This document shows, piece by piece, positions 1-10,095 of a stretch of DNA of 55,764 bases; position 1 is the stretch's first letter, and each line of letters starts with the position of its first letter. Position numbers and translations under genes: made by a program. Location: positions 1 to 55,764 of IMG/VR virus record IMGVR_UViG_3300006927_000008, one strand, 5' to 3'. The DNA is from a virus (taxonomy: Duplodnaviria > Caudoviricetes). The notes under the pieces are model-generated. The model ran no database searches, had not been told where the DNA came from, and saw only the letters and a program-made list of their open reading frames with translations.

Positions 1-336
1 ATTTTAAAAAAGAATTATTTTCTGTCAGGTCATCTATTATATTTTTCTTCTCTATACTGTGAGATACAAAAATCACAGATAGAAGAATAATAACAATGGT
101 TTTTACTGTTTCCTTATTCATTTGAAGAGTCTCCAATCGTGGCCCTTATATAGGGCATCTAGAATATGATCTTTGGTAGGATACTTGTCCCTCACATGTT
201 TATACCAACGATATTCTGGAAAGAGGTACCATGTGAGGGGGTACATGTCTAGGGAAGGATGATGAGACAAACAAGCTCATTAGCCAACATATTTTGGCGG
301 TACATGTCAGAATAAATATAATGACTAGAAATGTGA

Positions 337-807
337 TCATGACGCCTTATTCCCTTTAAGAAAGGCAGGAACCATCCATTCCCATCTTGAAGGGGTCCAA
401 TGAGGAGGTCTGCCAGACATCCATATCAAAATGCTTCCATATCCTCCCACGACCAGATAGGCTAGTGTCCATATCCAGTTACCTGCGATAAAACATGCCA
501 AGGCAGCCAGGATTTCCCAAGGATAAGAGGAGAGTCCTGAGAAAAGGGAGCCATGGAAGCCGCCTTTCCTCTTGTTATCTATAGTAATAAAAGACATGAC
601 CAGGATGAATATATTCAGAATTACAGCCGAAGTGACCCATCCAGGGCTCATTTCAAGGAGGTCAGCTGATAATCCGAGCAATCCACCGGTGCCAATAGCG
701 TGGGCTGCCCGGAAGATATGATTCTTCGTATCGGCGTGCCATCCTATCTTTCCTCTATTGAGGAAGAGAGTGAAGGATATGAAGAGTACGAATGATGATA
801 AGTCCAT
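337..807 (-). CDS. hypothetical multi-pass membrane protein
   Basis: 156 aa with several hydrophobic segments; AAAGGTT RBS upstream; promoter-like GTATAC-N17-TTATAT upstream. Confidence 0.7.
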   Translation of the reverse strand: MDLSSFVLFISFTLFLNRGKIGWHADTKNHIFRAAHAIGTGGLLGLSADLLEMSPGWVTSAVILNIFILVMSFITIDNKRKGGFHGSLFSGLSSYPWEILAALACFIAGNWIWTLAYLVVGGYGSILIWMSGRPPHWTPSRWEWMVPAFLKGNKAS

Positions 808-1414
808 GTGAGATAACCTTTGTTTGTGCTGAATCCTTACTATCTATATAAGCAAATGATGTGTTGTCGTATACTCCAGCCCCCTACGTGGGGCGGTTTA
901 AACGCAGAAACTCTTGCTTACCTGAATTCGTGCAAATAGCTGCGGGCAGTAATATCAAACAGATATCACATTTGAAGGGGTAATCAGATCAAAGCTAAAT
1001 AGAGCATCCTTCTGAATCGTATAAGAAGTGAGCGGGCAGTAAGAGAACCATTGAAGGGGAACCGAGGATAAGACAGCTTCTCTAATGTGGTGTCACAAGC
1101 GACCCTGGAGCTACCAAGAAGTGAGCAGCATATCGTGCCTCCCTAGCCCTACAGTGATGAGATATATTCGCGAGGATCATATCAGGATGAAGTCTTAGTG
1201 AACAGTTATCCCTATCCCCATATTACCATACCTGATTTCTTTACCTTCCTTACTCTAGTGAGAAAGAAGAAGGTTGTTAATATGAAATCTCCTTCTCTAG
1301 TTACCATTCTGTTAGCAATATGGCTAGAGTGAGTAGAATAGTCCATAGGATGAGACCATTCCTATCTCTTTTGAAGTTTTGTTGGTCTGGGGATTCATTC
1401 ATATTCTATATCCT

Positions 1415-1636
1415 TTACGAGCTGGGTGGGGGTTTATTAAAGCCAGCTTCATAGTATTGTACAAGAGTGAAAGCTAGAATGATACTTCCCACTCCTGCAA
1501 AAGAACCCAATAGAGTAGAGTCTAACCATCTATATGTGAGTATGCCGAAGCCAGGAGAGAAGGCGGCAAAATATAAGCCTACCCAAAATGCGATGCTCAT
1601 AGCTATGAATAGGAGCAGAAAGAATGTCGCCATCAA
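1415..1636 (-). CDS. small two-TM membrane protein
   Basis: 73 aa, two hydrophobic stretches; start overlaps the stop of the upstream gene (TTGA). Confidence 0.6.
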   Translation of the reverse strand: MMATFFLLLFIAMSIAFWVGLYFAAFSPGFGILTYRWLDSTLLGSFAGVGSIILAFTLVQYYEAGFNKPPPSS

Positions 1637-2283
1637 TTGCGCTCCGGGACAAGGAACTTGATGCCAAAACGAAACTGCTTCAGCACATTACGATCCATGA
1701 CATCAAAGGTCTCGAGGAAGTTAGGGAATTCATTGCCGAATTCGAAGCCCGTGTCCGGGCCCTCATTGAGGATGGTGGGATAATCACGGAAGTCATATTC
1801 CACGAAGAGCCTGGAATTCTTATCCAAGAATGGTGCGGCAATCTGCACACCAAGCTTGTATGTGATCCCTGCTCGGATCTCGAAGGAGTAATTCCTATTT
1901 ACTGTATCATGGTTGACTCGAATCACGGAGGGCCCGATCTTCGTATAGCCAGTGATGAGCTGTGGCAGAATAGTGAATGTCTTGCCCAGCATGAATTCAC
2001 CACCCCATCCATCGACCCTATTTTCCTCTACCATATAGAAGCCAGAGGCTTCATATGACCAGCCACGCTTTGTATCATGAGTAATATGACCGGAAACCAT
2101 ATTGACAGAGTATGAGTCTGAATGACCGGCCAATGTCTGAGTGAATGGATATGATGTGTATCCAAGACCACCTCCGGTGCGGAAGTGATGATCACCATGA
2201 ATCTGGCCAGCCTGAAGCATAAGAGTCAGAGTGGCCAGCATGATGAGAAAAGCCTTGAATTCGATTGTACGATTACGAAACAT
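1633..2283 (-). CDS. secreted outer-membrane beta-barrel-like protein
   Basis: CAGGAGG RBS; signal-peptide-like N-terminus; alternating amphipathic strands (FRTGGGLGY, FEIRAGITYKL, LFVEYDFRDY, QFRFGIKF). Confidence 0.5.
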   Translation of the reverse strand: MFRNRTIEFKAFLIMLATLTLMLQAGQIHGDHHFRTGGGLGYTSYPFTQTLAGHSDSYSVNMVSGHITHDTKRGWSYEASGFYMVEENRVDGWGGEFMLGKTFTILPQLITGYTKIGPSVIRVNHDTVNRNYSFEIRAGITYKLGVQIAAPFLDKNSRLFVEYDFRDYPTILNEGPDTGFEFGNEFPNFLETFDVMDRNVLKQFRFGIKFLVPERN

Positions 2284-2491
2284 TTGAAACCTCCTGAGAG
2301 TAATTACTTACAATCTATATAAGCAATTTCCTGGATAGTATATACTCATTTGAACAATTCCTTGATATCATTTACAAAAGCGAGACACATACCGGCGATG
2401 AGTAATTTCGTGGATGTATCACTAACAGTTATCTCAGACCAAAGCGCGTCGAAACATTCGATCGCAAACAAACATGCAAAAAACCTCATAA

Positions 2492-2776
2492 TTATTCCTC
2501 ATAATCCTTTTTTGGACAATCGCAGATTGAAATTCCACCGATTGGACGATGGTGATGGACATCGCAAGAATGCCAATGTGGCAAATCTCTGATAGTATTC
2601 AAAGCCCAGGCTAATTCCTCTGTCGTTTTAATTAATGGAGCTGGCCAATGAGAGCCAAATCTAGCAACTACAAGTTTTTCACTGTTTAACACCTGTAAAC
2701 AAGTCTCGCAGAGTGACACTGCACCTAAAGTAGGTCCTCCACATCCCGGACAAGGTGGGTCATAATAAACAGGCAT
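2492..2776 (-). CDS. hypothetical protein with CxxC pairs
   Basis: CPGC...CETC; start MPVYY coupled to upstream stop (TAATG). Confidence 0.5.
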   Translation of the reverse strand: MPVYYDPPCPGCGGPTLGAVSLCETCLQVLNSEKLVVARFGSHWPAPLIKTTEELAWALNTIRDLPHWHSCDVHHHRPIGGISICDCPKKDYEE

Positions 2777-3474
2777 TATCCATCCTTTGTACAATAGGGG
2801 CAATCACCCCACGTCCCACTGGCGTCAAACCAGTATCTGCCATTACCATGACAGTTTTCACAAGTGCGATTAGGATCTTTGATGAGTTCCTGAATCTCGC
2901 GCATCTTATTATGTACAGCCAGATCGCCATCATACGTTAAAGTTCCGTAATGTGTCGGACAGTATCCTTGTCTGGGTCTTTCCTTAACCCAAATGGGCAT
3001 GAGTTTAAGGAGCCATTCAATAGCATCAATCAACTCTTCTTCACGAGCGTTCACTTCATCCGGATCAACGAATGTCATTTCGAGACGATTGCTGCGCTCG
3101 ATCTCTTCTGTGGTCATCGTCGTATTATCCGGCAGAATTTTTACTGGCTCTCCATCAATAGTATATGGAGATGAAACCACAACATTACTCCAATCGAGTG
3201 CAGGTGTCGCAGCGATGACTGTTTCGAGTTGAATATGGCCATCGAGACCATCAGCCGCAGACATAGTGTCTGGGATGCATTCACCATGAACTGCATCATA
3301 CACATTATCTGTAGGTGTAGTACTTATACTGACACTAAGACTCCCCCAGCGATAGCGAATATAAATCATCCTACCATCTTCAACATGACCTTCCCATTGT
3401 GAGGGGCATGCACTGCAAGTTTGTTTTATTGATACAACCTTTAGGCGATCAATCTTTGTAGGGATCGAACTCAT
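2776..3474 (-). CDS. hypothetical phage protein (C-terminal CxxCxGxG zinc-finger-like)
   Basis: Probable start MSSIPTK overlapping the rtcB end; CENCHGNG...CPYC. Confidence 0.6.
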   Translation of the reverse strand: MSSIPTKIDRLKVVSIKQTCSACPSQWEGHVEDGRMIYIRYRWGSLSVSISTTPTDNVYDAVHGECIPDTMSAADGLDGHIQLETVIAATPALDWSNVVVSSPYTIDGEPVKILPDNTTMTTEEIERSNRLEMTFVDPDEVNAREEELIDAIEWLLKLMPIWVKERPRQGYCPTHYGTLTYDGDLAVHNKMREIQELIKDPNRTCENCHGNGRYWFDASGTWGDCPYCTKDG

Positions 3475-4645
3475 TTTTACCTGCCATGGCGACCCCAATT
3501 GGTGTAAGCTCTTCGATGATCTCGATGGAGTCGCCTTGGTGTGCGAGAACATCAGTCAATCTCTTATATGCATAAGGTGATTCATCAACACCAGCACCTC
3601 TAAGCTCGATTCGTACTGGACGATCATCAAGCCAATCGGTTACCATGTCATCTGAAATCTCCTTCTTTGCCTGTGAACGGGACATTACACGGCCAGCTCC
3701 ATGAACAGTGGAGAACATGTTGGCTGCTCCACCTTCTGACTCCTTGCCCTTAATGATAACAGAGTTATCTCCCATGGAACCACCAACGAATCCATGTTGA
3801 CCAGGGAATGCTGGAGTGGCTCCCTTACGAACTACGTAGATCATTTCACCATAATGCTCTTCAAGCCAAGTAAAGTTATGGTGGTTATGAACTTCACCTG
3901 TGATCTTCCCGCCGATGATATCAGTCACTGTATCACATACCCAATCCCTTCCCATATAGGCATACAGACCAGCTAACTCCATTGCCTTCAGATATTCACG
4001 GCCGAGATCTGTGTCCATATCCAGCAATGCTGGCTCAGCGAAGAATCCACCTGATACCTTGGCGGTTCCAAACTGCTCCAAATATGCAAGCTTGATATAT
4101 TCTGTAGCGATCTTGTATCCAAAACCACGAGAGCCAAAATGGACACCAATCCATACGTATCCCTTTTTATCGAAAAAGAGATCGACAAAGTGGTTACCTG
4201 ATCCGATAGTTCCAAGCTGCTGGTGAGCTATGTCACTCAAGCTAGCCACATGTGGAATATCCCATGCTGGATGTTGAGAAACCGCCGCAGTCGAAGTAAA
4301 GTTAGGTGCCTTCTTGTTGGAGTTCTTACGTCCAACACCAAAGTCGATCGAGTTCCAGATCTCATCCATGAAGTCAGAGACATCCTCACGAATATCTTCG
4401 TACTTCACATCGAGCTGAACAGCCTTGTTTCCACATGCGATGTCATATCCAACTCCCGAAGGAGACACCATGTTGCGGTAACCAATGACTCCACCAATTG
4501 GCATTGAATAGCCCAAGTGATGATCAGCCATCAAAGCTCCATGGACTGCATCACCCATATCTGGGTTCATACAGATCTCCATCTGCTTCTCTGCATCCCA
4601 ATCTATAGGATCTCCATGAATAGGCATTCCATTTACAATCAACAT
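3449..4645 (-). CDS. rtcB: RtcB family RNA ligase
   Basis: Motifs VGYDIACG, GTIGSGNHF, HFGSRG, HHN, RKGATPA, HGAGRVMSR, DESPYAYK; AGGAG RBS. Confidence 0.95.
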   Translation of the reverse strand: MLIVNGMPIHGDPIDWDAEKQMEICMNPDMGDAVHGALMADHHLGYSMPIGGVIGYRNMVSPSGVGYDIACGNKAVQLDVKYEDIREDVSDFMDEIWNSIDFGVGRKNSNKKAPNFTSTAAVSQHPAWDIPHVASLSDIAHQQLGTIGSGNHFVDLFFDKKGYVWIGVHFGSRGFGYKIATEYIKLAYLEQFGTAKVSGGFFAEPALLDMDTDLGREYLKAMELAGLYAYMGRDWVCDTVTDIIGGKITGEVHNHHNFTWLEEHYGEMIYVVRKGATPAFPGQHGFVGGSMGDNSVIIKGKESEGGAANMFSTVHGAGRVMSRSQAKKEISDDMVTDWLDDRPVRIELRGAGVDESPYAYKRLTDVLAHQGDSIEIIEELTPIGVAMAGKNEFDPYKD

Positions 4646-4685
4646 CGTTTTGTCTCCTAATAAGACATTTCTGAAGGTGTGTAAA

Positions 4686-5927
4686 CTATCGATCCAACTT
4701 CCACTTCAAGAAGATCGGGAAGCGAAGGGACCATTCACCGTTTTCATTCTCCTTGTCGGTGACGTTCTGAAACTTCACCTCAGCCTTCTGGCCGATATAC
4801 TTATCTTGATTGTTCCAGATCTCTGCCCTCATTTCATCATCGAGGCCGGAGCCTACCTTGGCGAAGACCTTCACACCAGAGACCTCGCCCCACACCTTGA
4901 TCGAGCCAAGAGTGTCGGCGTATTTCCCTGTGCCAGGTTCGAAACCAAGGACAGCGAAGTCTTCTTCCTGGAAGGATTTTACCTTGACCAGATCATGTGT
5001 TCGCTTCCAGGCGTATGAAGTCGTTGGGTGACGGAGCATAGCTCCTTCGTATCCCATGAATTCATATTCCTTCAAAGTATCAGCGATCGCTTCGTGGGTA
5101 TTATCAACCACTGTATAATCGAGTGGGATGACATGAGTCAGTCCCATCTTTGCAATCACCTCGATGGTGGAAACCATATCGGCTGTGCTCATGATTCGAT
5201 CGAGCGAACCAACGGCAAACACGTTGAAGAAGATCTTCTCCTTATCGGCTACGACGACATTCTTGTTCCTGACCACAGCACCTTGAATATCCTGAAAGCC
5301 GATCTCATGAGAGTACAGCTCACCATCGATGAAATCCAGACCGATTCGGTCCAAGGCTCTGGTCAACTCTTCGGTGATGAAATCGAAACCAACGACAGGC
5401 TTACCACTTCGGGTATAGAGACCACCATTGATGAAGATGCACCTGATGCCATCCAGCTTGGGGCTGGCGTACCAATACTCCACACCCTTGTAGTTCCTAT
5501 CGGCTTCGTACTTGTTGGCCAGCTGAATCTCGAACTTCTTGATCAGCTTCGGCCATACTTTATTGCATGTCGAGGCACCACAGCCAATCCTCAAATCGCT
5601 GCGAAGGATACCACCAAAAATCGTGGCAGCTTCTGCTGTGCACGTATTGAAGAATGCGAGGACCAGAGAACGGGCATCGTTGCCGGTTACTTGGCGAGAC
5701 GACAATTGCACATAAATCTTTTCGAATGTCGTAAATCCTGTTGCGAATGTCTTCGTACCTACCGCCATTTGCTTAGGCAACTTGTTAATAAACGACAACG
5801 AGAAGGGATCATAACAGAGACGTAAGGCCTCTTTGATCTGATCGTCGGCTTCGCGAGCCTTCAGAATACCAACCTTCTCTTTGCTTGAATTCGTGGACTG
5901 TAATTCAACCACTAATCTTTCCATCAT
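4686..5927 (-). CDS. lig: ATP-dependent DNA ligase
   Basis: KLDGIR, IDGEL, YEGAMLR, KVK motifs; OB-fold C-terminus (VGSG, SLRFPIF). Confidence 0.95.
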   Translation of the reverse strand: MMERLVVELQSTNSSKEKVGILKAREADDQIKEALRLCYDPFSLSFINKLPKQMAVGTKTFATGFTTFEKIYVQLSSRQVTGNDARSLVLAFFNTCTAEAATIFGGILRSDLRIGCGASTCNKVWPKLIKKFEIQLANKYEADRNYKGVEYWYASPKLDGIRCIFINGGLYTRSGKPVVGFDFITEELTRALDRIGLDFIDGELYSHEIGFQDIQGAVVRNKNVVVADKEKIFFNVFAVGSLDRIMSTADMVSTIEVIAKMGLTHVIPLDYTVVDNTHEAIADTLKEYEFMGYEGAMLRHPTTSYAWKRTHDLVKVKSFQEEDFAVLGFEPGTGKYADTLGSIKVWGEVSGVKVFAKVGSGLDDEMRAEIWNNQDKYIGQKAEVKFQNVTDKENENGEWSLRFPIFLKWKLDR

Positions 5928-6206
5928 ACTCCCCTAAGTCTGAGATACATAAGAGCAACGATTGGATCGTTGATCAATGCGATTTCGTTTGCGGTGATCC
6001 ATTTTATGGTGTCAGCGGCATCCAAAGGAGTTCATTTTTCATTTATATTCTCCCCCAGCCGCGAAGCAAAAAACACCACCTAAAATGGTGAGAAATGCAG
6101 TACCCATAATGGCGCCTGGGTGAGAGAGACTCATTGTTGCTATAGCAAAGACTCCATATAAAAATGTGGTGCCAAGAGTGGCACATAAAATATTCATTGT
6201 TTCTCC

Positions 6207-6431
6207 TTAGCCATTGAAAGCTCGAAACCAGGCGTCGTAGTCCCAGCGGTGATACTTGCGCTTGAGTTTCTGATAGGCCTTTTCGTTGATGAGACCTTTT
6301 TCACGAGCTGTGCGCCAAAAGTGTTCACGGCACATACAGAATGTCATCCCAGCAGGAGCTCCCACTGCTGCGCCATAATAAACTCCATGTTCGCGGGCCA
6401 TAACATTCTTCAGAACTTCTTCGTTGACCAT
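6207..6431 (-). CDS. hypothetical protein
   Basis: 74 aa in a translationally coupled minus-strand run. Confidence 0.55.
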   Translation of the reverse strand: MVNEEVLKNVMAREHGVYYGAAVGAPAGMTFCMCREHFWRTAREKGLINEKAYQKLKRKYHRWDYDAWFRAFNG

Positions 6432-6642
6432 CAGCTGGGATAACCATATCCGAGAAATCCGATAAGAGCGATTTCTGTGGCATATAGATCATCACGAGCA
6501 GTGGCGACGGATGTACCTTCACCAAAAACCAGTGGCTGGCCAGCAAACCACATCTTCACATATGGTCGATCAGCACGTGTATCAATGATGTAATCCACAC
6601 CGAGTGGCGATTTGACGATGTTTACTCCTGGGCGAGATACCA

Positions 6643-6927
6643 TTATGCCTCCACTGTGTCGAAAGCGGTGAGGTAGCCATCCAGGGCCACCGTGAAAGGA
6701 CCATCGCGATCCGGACAATGGTCGAGGATCGCGTCGAACATGTCATAGGCACCCCAGAGGAAATCATCAGGTGTCAGTGGCAGAGCGCCGCCGGCGGCGA
6801 TGGTAAGGCCGGATTGAAAACCACCATGCCAGCTCTGGACGAGCTTTTTGGAGGTGGGACAATCGACTGCCTTTGGAGCGGCGGAGAGCATGGCCATGAT
6901 TCGATCTTTCGTGAGTGTTTTAACCAA
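6643..6927 (-). CDS. hypothetical protein
   Basis: TAAGGA RBS directly after the promoter at 6942-6970. Confidence 0.55.
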   Translation of the reverse strand: MVKTLTKDRIMAMLSAAPKAVDCPTSKKLVQSWHGGFQSGLTIAAGGALPLTPDDFLWGAYDMFDAILDHCPDRDGPFTVALDGYLTAFDTVEA

Positions 6928-6941
6928 TTCCTTATACTATA

Positions 6942-6970
6942 AATATAGGCAAATATGGGCTCAACGTAAA
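6942..6970 (-). promoter_or_regulatory. sigma70-like phage promoter TTTACG-N17-TATATT
   Basis: Same architecture recurs at 12741, 14162, 14816, 19140, 19633 and 47117. Confidence 0.7.
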
Positions 6971-7203
6971 CGCTTTTTCAGGGTATTTTTACCGCTCTAA
7001 GCCGTTGGGAAACAACCACTTGCCATCCCTCTCGACAGCTCATTCAATCAATACGCCCCAATCAGTCATCTGCTGGAGCATCCGTTTGAGAGGTTGACCG
7101 AACCACCGCATTGCTCCAGGTGGAGCACGCTTGATATTGTACGGTGGTTCGTCCTCACATTCCACGCCCATGCAGAATCGTTTGTTATTCACCCATACCC
7201 ACA

Positions 7204-7398
7204 CTACTTCAGTACACCAACTTCTCTCCATGGGAGAGGCCGGCCGGTAGAATCCCTAACGAGATCACCATCCACTTTGCCGGCCAGGTAGTTTCCATGC
7301 CCAGCTCCTCTGCCGTAGTACTTTACAGGGACTGCGATTTTGTCACCAACGTATCGTCTACGTCCGAAATCCTTATCTCTCTTATTACTCTTGCCCAT
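7204..7398 (-). CDS. small basic hypothetical protein
   Basis: CAGGAGGA RBS before MGKSNKRD. Confidence 0.55.
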   Translation of the reverse strand: MGKSNKRDKDFGRRRYVGDKIAVPVKYYGRGAGHGNYLAGKVDGDLVRDSTGRPLPWREVGVLK

Positions 7399-7897
7399 CG
7401 ATGTCCTCCTGTATAGTGAGTACCTTGATTCTCTTACGTGCATCAGTAGCTGACCAAATTCTACCACGGTCATGAAACACAATAGCGATATCGAGTTCTT
7501 CATGAAGCTCTTCACCACCAATGATGTTTTCAAAGTCTGGTAAGTCAACGGGATCTGCAGGACTCAGATTATAATCAGAGCCAAGAATCCTTACCTCTGG
7601 CTGAACCCATCTAAGAATCTGCTCGATCTCTCCATCTCGTTCATATACAATTACATCATCTACATTTTCATTCGCCAGCAACATCATCTGTCTTTCGACT
7701 ATACCAAACGCAGGACCTGATTTCATTGGTCTATCATTTTGGCGGGTGGTTTGTAATCCCGCGATGATAAAATCGCAGTGCGATGCTAGATCATCCAATA
7801 ATGTGATATATCCTGGATGCCATACATCGAACATGCCGAAGACCATCCCTGTACATATATTGTCTTCTCTAATACGTTCCAATGTCTCTGTTAACAT
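7385..7897 (-). CDS. cytidylyltransferase-like protein (TagD/HxGH superfamily)
   Basis: GMFDVWHPGY (HxGH variant), ER..ML, VDDV, LGSDY, SAT motifs. Confidence 0.75.
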   Translation of the reverse strand: MLTETLERIREDNICTGMVFGMFDVWHPGYITLLDDLASHCDFIIAGLQTTRQNDRPMKSGPAFGIVERQMMLLANENVDDVIVYERDGEIEQILRWVQPEVRILGSDYNLSPADPVDLPDFENIIGGEELHEELDIAIVFHDRGRIWSATDARKRIKVLTIQEDIDGQE

Positions 7898-8184
7898 CAG
7901 ATGACCTTTCCTTCCATAAGTTCAGAGTGGAGTTGGTGTGTTTCAATCACCTCTACCACTTTGGGTGTAAACCTTACCAACTCTACGTCTTGTAAATACG
8001 CCATACTCTTTCGAGCATAATAACCAGTACCATTGTGCGACTCTATAATTTTGCGGTGCATGACGATATGTCTTTCAGCATTGACTTTTTTAGGGTAGAC
8101 CTTGGCATCATCAAAGTCTACCCATTCAGGATTCATACCACAATTCGAAAACTGTTTGGTAGTCCTATTCCTTATCATCCACAT
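7897..8184 (-). CDS. hypothetical protein
   Basis: 95 aa, coupled to both neighbours. Confidence 0.6.
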   Translation of the reverse strand: MWMIRNRTTKQFSNCGMNPEWVDFDDAKVYPKKVNAERHIVMHRKIIESHNGTGYYARKSMAYLQDVELVRFTPKVVEVIETHQLHSELMEGKVI

Positions 8185-8864
8185 TAATGTATGATGCTCG
8201 TACTTAGTGGAATCTGTTTAATGATCTCATCTCTGATCGTATTTACATCAGCAGTATGATCTGCTATATCGATATGATCCAATTCATCCAAGCATACAAA
8301 CAGAGTATCATCTTTCATGATTGCCTTGGTATTATGGTGATGTCCAAAGATCCAAAGCTTTGGTGGTCTCTGAGCGTACAGCGCCTCAAGAAGCTTACCA
8401 GTTGAAGATGGCAACATCTTCCAATCATTCGCCATAAACATTTGCATAATCGAATGTGGGCAATCATGGCTAATAACCAACTGAGGCATCCTACGAACCC
8501 ATGCCGTATAAGCCTTATTCATTTGCTCAGTATTAAGCTCCTCTTCCCTCCACCAGCTTACTCCCTCTGTTCTATATTTCTTATCTACAGAAAGAGCTCC
8601 TCTAATGAAGAAGAATTCGAAGAGGCCTTTGCTGGGATCACCAAGATGTCTATGACCATAGTTACCCAATGCCTGAGTAGGCAGATGATCGTAATCATCG
8701 TGATTCCCTGGAATGAAAACATGGCTCAAGGGATTTACACTATGAATATGGAAGTACGTGTCCTTGAAACCCATGTCACCAATTTGGATGGAGTAGTCCG
8801 CATCCTTGATTAGCTCTTTGTATTGTCTGTGGTGACCATGAACGTCACCAATGATTCTTAGCAT
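8184..8864 (-). CDS. calcineurin-like metallophosphoesterase
   Basis: GDVHG, GDMG, GNHD, SHD, FGHHH motifs. Confidence 0.9.
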   Translation of the reverse strand: MLRIIGDVHGHHRQYKELIKDADYSIQIGDMGFKDTYFHIHSVNPLSHVFIPGNHDDYDHLPTQALGNYGHRHLGDPSKGLFEFFFIRGALSVDKKYRTEGVSWWREEELNTEQMNKAYTAWVRRMPQLVISHDCPHSIMQMFMANDWKMLPSSTGKLLEALYAQRPPKLWIFGHHHNTKAIMKDDTLFVCLDELDHIDIADHTADVNTIRDEIIKQIPLSTSIIH

Positions 8865-8925
8865 TTCGTCTTCTCACTATTAGAGGGCCTATGATCAATA
8901 TAATCATAAGCCCTCGGGTTGTATA

Positions 8926-9363
8926 CTACTGTACGAATTCTATTGCTTTTATGTATCGCTTTTTCAGGCTTGCTTTGCTTGAGAAGTCTCGCTTTCTGTC
9001 TTGTCTATCCAAATGGTCTTCGATATCTGCATGCTTGACCGCTTTGGCTAGTTTACCATGAGCTGCAGCTCTCTTTACGAAAGCGATGTAGTTTTCACCA
9101 GGCTTCTTTGTAACAGCTACAATAGCACCGATGATATCCTCAGGGAACCCTTCCTCCCTCAACTTCTCCACTGTCATCTCTGTGTCCTCAAGAATGTCAT
9201 GGAGCCAACCCACGATCTTTTCTTTTGGATTCGCCAGCTTCTTAACCACATCAGTAAGGTGGTATCTGAAATAATCATTGCCAACCTTGTCCGTTTGGCC
9301 TCGGTGATATTGCTTAGCTAGATCACGGGCCTTGTTGACAAGATTGGATTCTGTTAAAAGCAT
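8926..9363 (-). CDS. HD-domain protein, Mesh1/SpoT-like (p)ppGpp hydrolase family
   Basis: H.GQ.DK.G..Y..H, LHDILEDT, VK.AD motifs. Confidence 0.8.
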   Translation of the reverse strand: MLLTESNLVNKARDLAKQYHRGQTDKVGNDYFRYHLTDVVKKLANPKEKIVGWLHDILEDTEMTVEKLREEGFPEDIIGAIVAVTKKPGENYIAFVKRAAAHGKLAKAVKHADIEDHLDRQDRKRDFSSKASLKKRYIKAIEFVQ

Positions 9364-9416
9364 GACGTCTCCCTAGTTAGTGTACCAATCGTTTCTGATT
9401 CACCTCGCCGCAGTAA

Positions 9417-9495
9417 TGGTGGGCACAGCAGGACTCGAACCTGCGAATCTCCTCCTTGTAAAAGAGGCTCCATAGCCGCTAGGAATTATGCGCCC
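9417..9495 (-). tRNA. tRNA-Val(TAC)
   Basis: Cloverleaf, loop TT-TAC-AA, TTCGAGT T-loop, CCA. Confidence 0.85.
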
Positions 9496-9508
9496 GAATT
9501 AAGAATTC

Positions 9509-9703
9509 TCATACTATCGTTGGGAAGGGCATTCCCACCTTTGGACATAGATCATTATATGCTTCATACAATCTATTTAACTCTTCCCTGATCAACATCA
9601 TTTCTGATTCAGTGAGCTGATAACCAAAGGACTTGTTTTTCGATTCATCATATGATCGAAACAATCTCTGTAGCTCTTCCACATTAGTCGATTTGTCTAC
9701 CAT
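9509..9703 (-). CDS. small hypothetical protein between tRNAs
   Basis: GAAAGGTT RBS immediately after the upstream tRNA CCA. Confidence 0.6.
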   Translation of the reverse strand: MVDKSTNVEELQRLFRSYDESKNKSFGYQLTESEMMLIREELNRLYEAYNDLCPKVGMPFPTIV

Positions 9704-9719
9704 TGAGAACCTTTCATTA

Positions 9720-9795
9720 TGGTGGCCCTGAAGGGAGTCGAACCCTTACTGAACACGTTTTGAGTGTGCTGCCTCTTCCATTGGGCTACAGGGCC
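9720..9795 (-). tRNA. tRNA-Leu(CAA), short variable loop
   Basis: Loop CT-CAA-AA, CCA. Confidence 0.85.
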
Positions 9796-9821
9796 ATGTA
9801 ATAACTATTCTGTTAGTAATA

Positions 9822-9898
9822 TGGTACACGCGATGGGAGTCGAACCCACATTAGCCTGACTGAGAATCAGGGGTCCTAGACCATTAGACGACGCGTGC
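9822..9898 (-). tRNA. tRNA-Glu(CTC)
   Basis: CCTGA-TTCTCAG-TCAGG, CCA. Confidence 0.9.
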
Positions 9899-9904
9899 AT
9901 ATTA

Positions 9905-9981
9905 TGGTGGGCCCTCTGGGACTTGAACCCAGGACCAATCGATTATGAGTCGAACGCTCTAACCAGCTGAGCTAAAGGCCC
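9905..9981 (-). tRNA. tRNA-Ile2(CAT), lysidine type
   Basis: GGGCCTTTAGCTCAG...GACTCATAATCG body typical of bacterial Ile2; CCA. Confidence 0.8.
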
Positions 9982-9993
9982 AGAATAATGATC

Positions 9994-10091
9994 GCTCTGA
10001 CCAGGTCGCTCGACGTTCGATATAGGAAGCCCTCCGGCACGTGCAGCCAAGCCTCCTTCAGTTCCCCTATTTGTCGCCCTCATTGCAGAGC
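9994..10091 (-). ncRNA. candidate rod-like structured RNA
   Basis: Nested helices GCTCTG/CAGAGC, CGAC/GTCG, ATAGG/CCTAT, GGC/GCC filling an inter-tRNA spacer. Confidence 0.4.
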
Positions 10092-10095
10092 AATA

